A DNA stretch of 63,608 nucleotides from a bacterium (lineage in GTDB: Bacteria > Patescibacteriota > Patescibacteriia > UBA1558 > S5-K13), in NCBI GenBank assembly GCA_029555085.1, contig JAKPTO010000030.1, forward strand, positions 1 to 63,608, read 5' to 3'. The translations under genes were made by a program, and so were the position numbers. How positions within the stretch are numbered: the stretch's first letter is position 1; the number at the start of each line of letters is the position of its first letter. Shown piece by piece: positions 1-7,433 of the stretch. Under the pieces are notes generated by a model that was not told the DNA's origin, searched no databases, and saw nothing but the letters and a program-made list of their open reading frames with translations.

Positions 1-935
1 TTAAAGTGTATGGCATATACTATTAATCCTAATTTACCAAGATTAAGAGCTAAAGCAGTTAATATGGTTATTAATGAACATAAAAGTATTAGACATGTTG
101 CAAGGTATTATGGTTTTAATCCAAGTACAATAAGTAGATGGTTAAAAAAGGTTCCAGATGGAGGTTGTAATGAAATACCAACAAAGTCATCAAGACCACA
201 TAGTCATCCAAAGAAAATAAGTAATGATATTATTAAAAGAATAATTAAATTAAGAATAGAAACAAAAGGAAGATGTTCTGAGGTAATACATCAAATGTTA
301 AGAAATGAAGGAATAAGTATTAGTTTAAATAGTGTTAAAAGAACTTTAGATAGACAACATTTATTAAAGAAAAGAAGTCCTTGGAAAAGATATCATATAT
401 CAATAAAACGTCCTAAAATAGGCCTTCCTGGTGATTTAATACAATTAGATACTATTCATCTTATGAAAAATGAAAAAGAAAAGATATATGTATATACATT
501 AATAGATGTATATTCAAGATGGTGTTATGCAAAAGCAGTAAATAAAATAAATACATTAAAAACAATTGAATTTTTAAAACAAGCTAGAAGAAAAGCATTA
601 TTTAGTTTTAATTGTATTCAATCAGATCATGGAAGTGAATTTTCACAACATTTTACTGAAAGAATAAATATTATTCATAGACACTCAAGAGTAAGATGTC
701 CTAATGATAATGCTCATCTTGAAAGATTTAACAGAACATTACAAGATGAATTATTAGATTATTTACCTAAAGATGTTAATATTATTAATAGATACTTATC
801 AAGATACTTAAAATACTATAATGAAGAAAGATTACATCTTGGTATTAATCTAAAAACACCTAGTCAAATGATTGCTAAGTGTTGCCAAGCTATTGGATAG
901 AAGACGATAAATACTTTAAATAACGAGAGTATGTA
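1..935. mobile_element. Edge-of-window insertion sequence carrying an IS481-like transposase. The left end is cut by the window and the right end must lie before the comM stop.
   Basis: One transposase ORF fills 10-900. Only about 40 nt separate it from the convergent comM stop. Terminal inverted repeats cannot be defined because the left boundary is at or beyond the window edge. Confidence 0.45.
10..900 (+). CDS. DDE transposase/integrase (rve catalytic core, IS481/IS3-superfamily-like) with an N-terminal HTH
   Basis: 296 aa. The N-terminal HTH region reads SIRHVARYYGFNPSTISRWLKK. The DDE spacing is LIQLDT ... QSDHGSEF ... NAHLERFNRTLQDE, and the tail YYNEERLHLGI is typical of rve integrase-type transposases. 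Confidence 0.85.
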   Translation: MAYTINPNLPRLRAKAVNMVINEHKSIRHVARYYGFNPSTISRWLKKVPDGGCNEIPTKSSRPHSHPKKISNDIIKRIIKLRIETKGRCSEVIHQMLRNEGISISLNSVKRTLDRQHLLKKRSPWKRYHISIKRPKIGLPGDLIQLDTIHLMKNEKEKIYVYTLIDVYSRWCYAKAVNKINTLKTIEFLKQARRKALFSFNCIQSDHGSEFSQHFTERINIIHRHSRVRCPNDNAHLERFNRTLQDELLDYLPKDVNIINRYLSRYLKYYNEERLHLGINLKTPSQMIAKCCQAIG

Positions 936-939
936 TTAT

Positions 940-2466
940 TTAAATTTCCATTTTTCTGTATTGTAGCGCTTCAGCAATATGTTCTGTTTTTATATTTTGA
1001 GAATTCTCTAAATCAGCTATTGTGCGCGCGACTTTTAATATTCTGAAATACCCACGGGCTGATAGATTATATTTTTCTATGGCAATGGATAATAGTTTCT
1101 TTGCTTCAATTGGAATTATACAATATTTTTTAATAAGAGATAATCCCATTTCTGAATTTGTAAAAATTTTTTCATTTTTAAACCTTGATTCTTGTATTTT
1201 TCTAGCGACCTTAATTTTATTTTTTATTTCCGATAAATTAGTGGTTTCAGAATCTTTTTGTAATTCATCTTGTTTAACTCTAGAAATATTTAAATGAATA
1301 TCAATTCTATCAAGTAAAGGACCAGAAATTTTTTGATTATAATTTCTAATTTGTAAATTTGTGCAAGTACAGTTTTTTGTTTCGTCTCTTAAATATCCAC
1401 ATGGACATGGGTTTTGAGCTGTAATTAAAATAAATTTTGCCGGAAATTCTAATGACATTTGCGCACGAGAAATTGTAATGTGCCCATCTTCTAATGGTTG
1501 TCGAAGTGTTTCTAGATTTTTTTTAGGAAACTCTGGCAATTCATCTAAAAATAAAATTCCTCTATGCGCTAAAGTTATTTCACCTGGTTTTGGAATTCCA
1601 CCTCCGCCGACAAGAGACACAAGTGATGATGAGTGATGAGGTGAGCGAAATGGCCTTTTTGTAATTAATGGGTTTTCCCTACTAAGAAGTCCAACTGAAC
1701 TATAAATTCTACTCACTTCTAAAATTTCTCGTTCTGATAAATCCGGTAAAATACTCGGCATTGATCTAGCAAGTAATGTTTTTCCAGATCCCGGGGATCC
1801 ACACATTGAAACATTATGAGCGCCTGAGGCAGATATTATCATCGCTCTTTTTGCGTATTCTTGTCCACGTATTAAAGAAAAATTATACTCATGGTTTTCA
1901 TATTCTGAAATTTTTTCTAAAGTTTTTAAATTTTTTACTTTTTCTAACTGGATTTTTCTATTTAAAAATTTTACAAGCTCGGATAAATTTTTTATTGCAA
2001 AAATATTTATACCGTTAATAAGCGAAGCTTCAACCGAATTTTCGTATGGCAAAAAAATATTTTCATATCTATTTTCTTTTGCAAAAATACAAATTGAAAT
2101 AATATTATTTATTTTTCTTAAGCTTCCGTCAAAAGAAAGTTCTCCTACGAAAATAGATTTTTTTAAAACTTCTTCGCATTTAATTGTTTCATTTTCTTGC
2201 AAAATAGAAAGAGCAATTGGTAAATCATAATGATTTCCAATTTTTTTAAGATCTGCTGGTGCTAAATTAACAACAATACTGGTTCTTGGATAATCCAGAT
2301 AACTATTTTTTATTGCTGATTTGACTCTTTCTTTTGCTTCTTGAACAGCTGTATCAGCTAGTCCAACAATTGTCATTTTAGGAAGTGCTCGTTGAATATC
2401 AGCTTCAACTTCTACCAAAAAAGAATTTAGACCCAATGAGGCTGTTGTGAGTATTTTTGAGGCCAT
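940..2466 (-). CDS. comM: Mg-chelatase-like AAA+ ATPase, YifB/ComM family
   Basis: 508 aa. There is an N-terminal Lon-like ChlI domain, Walker A GSPGSGKT, Walker B ILFLDELPEF, a Cys cluster CPCGY...CTC, and a C-terminal Mg_chelatase_C-like helix region. Confidence 0.9.
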   Translation of the reverse strand: MASKILTTASLGLNSFLVEVEADIQRALPKMTIVGLADTAVQEAKERVKSAIKNSYLDYPRTSIVVNLAPADLKKIGNHYDLPIALSILQENETIKCEEVLKKSIFVGELSFDGSLRKINNIISICIFAKENRYENIFLPYENSVEASLINGINIFAIKNLSELVKFLNRKIQLEKVKNLKTLEKISEYENHEYNFSLIRGQEYAKRAMIISASGAHNVSMCGSPGSGKTLLARSMPSILPDLSEREILEVSRIYSSVGLLSRENPLITKRPFRSPHHSSSLVSLVGGGGIPKPGEITLAHRGILFLDELPEFPKKNLETLRQPLEDGHITISRAQMSLEFPAKFILITAQNPCPCGYLRDETKNCTCTNLQIRNYNQKISGPLLDRIDIHLNISRVKQDELQKDSETTNLSEIKNKIKVARKIQESRFKNEKIFTNSEMGLSLIKKYCIIPIEAKKLLSIAIEKYNLSARGYFRILKVARTIADLENSQNIKTEHIAEALQYRKMEI

Positions 2467-2627
2467 ACGCTTTTCATTTAGTTTTTAAGTTATAAAGTTA
2501 AAAGTCATAAGCTTTCAGTTTTTATAACTAAATACTTCATAACTCAATATTTATACCTTATAACTTTTAAAAAAATTGTCAATATTGATTTTTATTGAAA
2601 TTTTTATTAATATTTTATGTATAAAAA

Positions 2628-2816
2628 ATGGGAGGAATTGTGATAGTTCATCATGATAATGATTATTGGGAAACAGTCGATAGTATTATGAGCTACAGAA
2701 TAGCTCGTGAATTAAAAGATCTATACCCCAATAGAGAAATTCGTATTGTTAGAGTAAGAGATGGGTTCCAAAAAAAAGTAACCCTCGGAGAGATTACACT
2801 TGAATACGATTATTAA
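2628..2816 (+). CDS. Small hypothetical protein (62 aa, or 58 aa from GTG 2640, which is preceded by GGGAGG)
   Basis: The ORF is followed directly by a strong terminator. An SD-like GGGAGG overlaps the ATG and sits 5 nt before an in-frame GTG. I recognise no family. Confidence 0.4.
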   Translation: MGGIVIVHHDNDYWETVDSIMSYRIARELKDLYPNREIRIVRVRDGFQKKVTLGEITLEYDY

Positions 2817-2819
2817 TTT

Positions 2820-2843
2820 AGAGCGCCATGGGCGCTCTTTTTG
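2820..2843 (+). terminator. Rho-independent terminator
   Basis: AGAGCGCC-ATG-GGCGCTCT stem-loop followed by TTTTTG. Confidence 0.7.
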
Positions 2844-2882
2844 TCTCTTGGTTTTAAACATATAAAAAGATCATATAATTAT

Positions 2883-2950
2883 ATGAAATATAAATATTCT
2901 TTTATTTTAGACCATTCGTTAGAATTTTTGGAGATAAAATTTTCGTCTTA
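2883..2950 (+). repeat. Degenerate duplicate of the 5' end of the methyltransferase gene that starts at 3720 (a gene-start relic)
   Basis: atgaaatataaatattcttttattttagaccattcgttagaattt matches atgaaaataaaatattcttttattttgggacattcttcagaaattt at 3720. Similarity is roughly 85 percent over about 45 nt by eye. The relic frame runs into a stop after 35 codons. Confidence 0.55.
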
Positions 2951-2986
2951 TTTTTATCCCAGAAATTGTTATGTTATAATGAATAT

Positions 2987-3715
2987 ATGAATCAAGTATT
3001 TATTTATGCATTTATAGCGAGTTTCGCACTTATTTTAGGTGCTATTTTAGGCGTTTGTTTTAAATTCAGGCAAAAAGTTATTGCCTCTTTTATGGCATTT
3101 GGTTCCGGTGTTTTAATATGCGCGCTTACTTTTGGGTTAATGGAGGAAGCATTTAATCATGGTGGCTTTGATGCAGTAATTATAGGATTTTTATCTGGTG
3201 GACTTATGTTTATAATCGGTAATTATGTTTTATACTATTTTGGAGGGAGAACTCATAAAACAAAACAAACACACAAGACACATAAAAACACTAATGGAAA
3301 ATTAATAATTTTAGGTTCGGTTTTAGACGGAATTCCTGAATCAATTGCACTTGGTGTTGCGCTTTTTAATACTGGTACGAGTGGCTTACTTATGCTTGTA
3401 GCTATATTTTTATCAAATTTTCCAGAAAGTATTTCTTCTATAACAGGACTCAAAAGAGAAGAATTTTCCAATATAAAAATTATTACTTTATGGCTAATTG
3501 TTGCAATTATAAGTTTTCTTTCTGTTGTGTTGAGTTATTTGTTTTTAAATAATATTGATCCAAATATAATGGGAATTATTGAATCATTTGCCGCCGGAGC
3601 AATACTTGCTATGCTTGCTGATTCGATGATGCCAGAAGCATACGAAGAAGGTGGTTTTAGAATTGGAATTTTAACAATATTGGGATTTTTAATTGCGTTT
3701 ATAATTTCTAGATAA
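2987..3715 (+). CDS. ZIP-family divalent metal (zinc) transporter, ZupT-like
   Basis: Polytopic membrane protein with a His/Lys-rich loop (HKTKQTHKTHKN), the motif GSVLDGIPESIALG and the ZIP signature LSNFPESIS. The track ORF starts at TTG 2966. ATG 2987 lies 7 nt after an extended -10 (TGtTATAAT, 2972-2980), so the mRNA may be leaderless. Confidence 0.8.
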   Translation: MNQVFIYAFIASFALILGAILGVCFKFRQKVIASFMAFGSGVLICALTFGLMEEAFNHGGFDAVIIGFLSGGLMFIIGNYVLYYFGGRTHKTKQTHKTHKNTNGKLIILGSVLDGIPESIALGVALFNTGTSGLLMLVAIFLSNFPESISSITGLKREEFSNIKIITLWLIVAIISFLSVVLSYLFLNNIDPNIMGIIESFAAGAILAMLADSMMPEAYEEGGFRIGILTILGFLIAFIISR

Positions 3716-3719
3716 AAAT

Positions 3720-4919
3720 ATGAAAATAAAATATTCTTTTATTTTGGGACATTCTTCAGAAATTTCTTTTGCGGAAATAAAATCTCTGCTCAATTTTTTA
3801 AGTATTAAATTTTTAATTTTAGAATTTAATAAATATTTTTTAATCATTGAAACAGATTCAGAAATTGATGTTGTTTCTATTATGAAGCAACTTGGCGGAG
3901 TTATAAAAATTGGAAAAATAGAAAATGAATTTTTGATTAATGAAATTGAAAAAGCCCAAAATTTTTTATTTGATTATTTGGTCAAAAATAAATCAAATGG
4001 AAAACTTAAAATTGGTTTTAGTTTTTACAATACAAGTAGTTCATTTATGAGCTCTTTTGAAAGAGCTTCGTTTTTATTAAAGAAAAAATTAAAACAACAA
4101 AATATTCCAGTGAGAATTATCACTTCGAAAAAGCAAGATTTATCTGCTGTTATAGTAGATAAAGAAAAATTGATTGATCGCGGTTTTGATTTTCAAATTT
4201 TAGCTTTTGATGATAAATTTTTTATTACAAAAACGCTAGCTATTCAGGATTACGAAAAATTTGGAAGTATTGATTATGATAGGCCAAAAATCGATGCAAC
4301 TTCAGGAATGATGCCTCCTAAATTAGCACAAATAATGCTTAATTTATCAAAAAATAGGGATATTGTTTATGATCCATTTTGTGGTTCCGGCACTATATTA
4401 CTTATGGCTGGAGAATTGAATTATAAAAAAATAATCGGTTCAGATATTTCGAGTCGCGCTGTTTCAGATAGTGTGGAAAATATAAAATGGTATGAGGAAA
4501 AATTTAATAAAAAATTAAATTATGAAATTTTTGAAGCAGATGTTTTGGATTTGCCACAAAAAATATTAGATGAAAAAATTAATTGTATAGTAACAGAAGG
4601 ATATTTGGGGAAACCACTCAGAGGAAATGAGAGTTTGGATTTTATAAAAAAACAAATAAAAGAATTAGAAATTTTGTATTTAAAATCATTTGAGGTTTTT
4701 TCAAAAATTTCAAGTTTGAATTGTGTTATAATTTCTATGCCGGTTTTTGCTCGCGCTAAAGAGTTATTTTATTTACATATTTTAGATAAAATATCTGAAT
4801 ATGGTTTTAAACAAGAAAATTTATTAGATGATAAATATTTAAATGAAAGGCGCACATTAATTTACAAAAGAGAAGATCAAAAAGTTTATAGAGAAATTAT
4901 TAAATTTGTAAAATTGTAA
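3720..4919 (+). CDS. Class I SAM-dependent RNA/DNA methyltransferase (UPF0020/Trm11-RlmL-like) with an N-terminal THUMP-like region
   Basis: 399 aa. SAM motif I reads VYDPFCGSGTILLMA. An acidic motif II (GSDIS) and a catalytic-loop-like TEGYLGKP are also present. The substrate cannot be assigned from sequence. Confidence 0.65.
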   Translation: MKIKYSFILGHSSEISFAEIKSLLNFLSIKFLILEFNKYFLIIETDSEIDVVSIMKQLGGVIKIGKIENEFLINEIEKAQNFLFDYLVKNKSNGKLKIGFSFYNTSSSFMSSFERASFLLKKKLKQQNIPVRIITSKKQDLSAVIVDKEKLIDRGFDFQILAFDDKFFITKTLAIQDYEKFGSIDYDRPKIDATSGMMPPKLAQIMLNLSKNRDIVYDPFCGSGTILLMAGELNYKKIIGSDISSRAVSDSVENIKWYEEKFNKKLNYEIFEADVLDLPQKILDEKINCIVTEGYLGKPLRGNESLDFIKKQIKELEILYLKSFEVFSKISSLNCVIISMPVFARAKELFYLHILDKISEYGFKQENLLDDKYLNERRTLIYKREDQKVYREIIKFVKL

Positions 4920-4969
4920 AATTAAAATATTTTATAACTAAAATTATTTAACTCTTAATTTAAAAATAT

Positions 4970-6319
4970 ATGTTACAAAAACAAGTTTTTAAATCATACG
5001 ACATAAGAGGAATTTATCCGGATGAGCTTGATGATGCTGGAGCTTATGAAATAGGACAGATTTTTCTTTCTTTAATTTGTAAAAGATCAGGGAAAAAACC
5101 AGAGGACTTGAAAATTTTTATAGCTCGGGATATTAGAAATTCTTCAGAGAATTTATGTAAATCAATTATAGATTCGCTTGTTTCAAAAGGAGTGAATATA
5201 TATGACGCGGGACTTGTGTCTGTTGATGTTATTTATTTTGCTGTGGGGCGATATGATTATGATGGTGGAATAATGGTTACAGCATCTCATAATCCAGGAG
5301 CTTATGGCGGATTCAAAATGGTTTCCTCTGGTGTAGAATGGGTTCGTGGAGGAGATTTATGGAAACACAGAGAGGAAATGGTAAATTTTCCAGATAAAGT
5401 TGGGACAGTTGAACAAGTTGATATTTGGGAGGATTATCTAGATCATATTTTTTCATTTGTTGATGTTTCAAAAATAAAAAAATTAAAAGTTGTAGTGGAT
5501 TCTGGAAATGGAATGGCCGGAATTATGATTCCAAAAATTTTAGAAAGATTACCGCAGATAGAACTTATTCCATTATTTTTTGAACCAGATGGAAATTTTC
5601 CAAACAGAAATCCAAATCCATTAGGAGATGGCGCGTATCAGAAATTATCTGAAAAAGTTGTTTTGGAGTCCGCTGATGTTGGATTTATTTACGATGCTGA
5701 TTCAGATAGAGTTTTTCTAGTTGATGAAAAAGGAAAATTTCTACCCGGAGATGATGTATTATTAGTTCTTGCAAAACAAATTATAGAAAGAAATCCAGGC
5801 GCTGGAATTGTCTATAATTTAGTTTCATCAAAAAATGTGAAAGAGTTTGTTGAGAAAAACGGAGGACGCGCAATTAGATCGGAAGTTGGATATGTAAATA
5901 TGGGAGTTCACATGAAAGAAGAAAATTGTATTATGGGTGGAGAGATTTCAGCGCATTTTTCTTATGCGAAAAATTATTATTCTGATTCTGGTTACATTTC
6001 ATTTTTAATAATATTAGAAGCGATGTCAGAAGAAGGTTTCAAATTATCAGAATTTATAAAAGCCAATAAACATTGGCACAGATTTCCGGAAATTGTATTA
6101 CCAGCTGATAATATGGAAAAAATGCTAGACAATATAAGAAATCACTATAAAGAAAATATTTTTGATGAAATAGATGGAATTACAGTTGAGTTTCCAAATT
6201 GGTGGTTTAATGTAAGAGGTTCAAATACAGAGCCAATTTTAAAAGTCACTTTGGAAGTTTTATATGAAGAAGATTATGAAAGAAGAAAAAATGAAGTATT
6301 GAATGTTTTAAATTTATAA
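4970..6319 (+). CDS. Phosphomannomutase/phosphoglucomutase (alpha-D-phosphohexomutase family)
   Basis: 449 aa. The active-site loop is TASHNPGAYGGFK, the Mg loop is YDADSDR, the sugar-binding loop is GGEISAH, and the phosphate loop is RGSNTEP. Confidence 0.9.
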   Translation: MLQKQVFKSYDIRGIYPDELDDAGAYEIGQIFLSLICKRSGKKPEDLKIFIARDIRNSSENLCKSIIDSLVSKGVNIYDAGLVSVDVIYFAVGRYDYDGGIMVTASHNPGAYGGFKMVSSGVEWVRGGDLWKHREEMVNFPDKVGTVEQVDIWEDYLDHIFSFVDVSKIKKLKVVVDSGNGMAGIMIPKILERLPQIELIPLFFEPDGNFPNRNPNPLGDGAYQKLSEKVVLESADVGFIYDADSDRVFLVDEKGKFLPGDDVLLVLAKQIIERNPGAGIVYNLVSSKNVKEFVEKNGGRAIRSEVGYVNMGVHMKEENCIMGGEISAHFSYAKNYYSDSGYISFLIILEAMSEEGFKLSEFIKANKHWHRFPEIVLPADNMEKMLDNIRNHYKENIFDEIDGITVEFPNWWFNVRGSNTEPILKVTLEVLYEEDYERRKNEVLNVLNL

Positions 6320-6390
6320 AATTAAAAATATAATTGGAATTTTTGATAAACATATAAATTTAGAAATTATAATTTTTTGAGATTACAATA

Positions 6391-6413
6391 GGGCCGACGC
6401 TTCGCGTCGGCCC
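6391..6413. terminator. GC-rich hairpin between convergent genes (probable bidirectional terminator)
   Basis: GGGCCGACGC-TTC-GCGTCGGCCC forms a perfect 10 bp stem in otherwise AT-rich DNA. There is no clean U-tract on either side. Confidence 0.55.
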
Positions 6414-6438
6414 TTATCCGTATATAATTTATAACAAA

Positions 6439-6996
6439 TTAAAATTTAACCTGAACATTTTCTTTTTCTTTTTCATCTGCTTCAAAGAATTTAAATTCAG
6501 TAAATTTTAGCATATTTGCGATTATATTGTCTGGGAAAATTCGTATTTTAATATTGAAATCCCTTGCATTTCCATTGTAAAATCTTCTTGCTGCTTGAAT
6601 TTTATTTTCTGTATCTGATAGCTCATCTTGAAGTTTTGTAAAATTAGCAGAAGCTTTTAAATCTGGATAATTTTCAGAAACAGCAAATAAGGTTTTCAAT
6701 GTTTCTGATAAAGCACTTTCCGCTTTAGATTTTTCGTCAGTTGTTTTTGCGTTTATAGCCATATTTCTTGCTTCAGTAACTTTTGTAAGAACATTTTCTT
6801 CGTGTGTCATGTATCCTTTTACAGATTCAACTAAATTTGGAATAAGATCGTGTCTTCTTTTTAATTGTACATCAATATCGCTCCAAGCTTCTTCTGTTCG
6901 AGTTTTTAATTTTATTAGAGAATTGTAAATAGATACGATCCATAACAAAAAAATCGCAATTACCCCAGTTATTATTAATAATGTTGTTGTGTTCAT
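6439..6996 (-). CDS. lemA: LemA family membrane protein
   Basis: 185 aa. An N-terminal TM helix is followed by YNSLIKLKTRTEEAWSDIDVQLKRRHDLIPNLV and ARRFYNGNARDFN, the canonical LemA signature. Confidence 0.9.
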   Translation of the reverse strand: MNTTTLLIITGVIAIFLLWIVSIYNSLIKLKTRTEEAWSDIDVQLKRRHDLIPNLVESVKGYMTHEENVLTKVTEARNMAINAKTTDEKSKAESALSETLKTLFAVSENYPDLKASANFTKLQDELSDTENKIQAARRFYNGNARDFNIKIRIFPDNIIANMLKFTEFKFFEADEKEKENVQVKF

Positions 6997-7061
6997 ATTT
7001 TTTTTAATTATTTCTCAAACTTGTTTTTGTATAAAACTAGTTGAGTGTTTATTATTTATAT

Positions 7062-7316
7062 TTATCTTTTTGGTATTTGTGGGGCTGGTCTTGTGGCTGG
7101 GTTGGTATTTTTTTCACTATTTGCGGATTTGTTTTCTTTATTATTTATAGTTTCTTGAACTTGTTGTTGCACGCTATTTTGAATTTGTTGCTTTTGTATT
7201 TCTAATTTTTTCTTTTCAGTATTGATAAAATAAGCAATGATTAATTCAGCAAGTAATACCACTATTATTAAAATTGCTAATATTTTTATGACTTTTTCAA
7301 AGTTTTTTTCTATCAT
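7062..7316 (-). CDS. Small single-pass membrane protein with a Q/N-rich tail
   Basis: 84 aa. One TM helix (ILAILIIVVLLAELIIAYF) is followed by a low-complexity tail. No family recognised. Confidence 0.4.
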   Translation of the reverse strand: MIEKNFEKVIKILAILIIVVLLAELIIAYFINTEKKKLEIQKQQIQNSVQQQVQETINNKENKSANSEKNTNPATRPAPQIPKR

Positions 7317-7433
7317 ATTTTTATTTTTAAAGAAATCTACAATATTATTATACTACATTTTTTACAATTGTAAATAAATTTAGTATAATATATGTATAGA
7401 ATAAACCCCAGCTAAGGGAACAAAAATAAAAAT

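Noticed and set aside
1022-2018. Plus-strand ORFs 1022-1297 and 1776-2018 inside comM
   Set aside because: They are antisense to a well-supported 508-aa ComM gene, have low-complexity hydrophobic composition typical of AT-rich antisense frames, and have no SD.
2467-2627. Recurring TTATAACT-like words upstream of comM as a possible operator array
   Set aside because: They are short AT-rich words with irregular spacing. Similar strings occur elsewhere in intergenic DNA, so they cannot be distinguished from compositional background without statistics.
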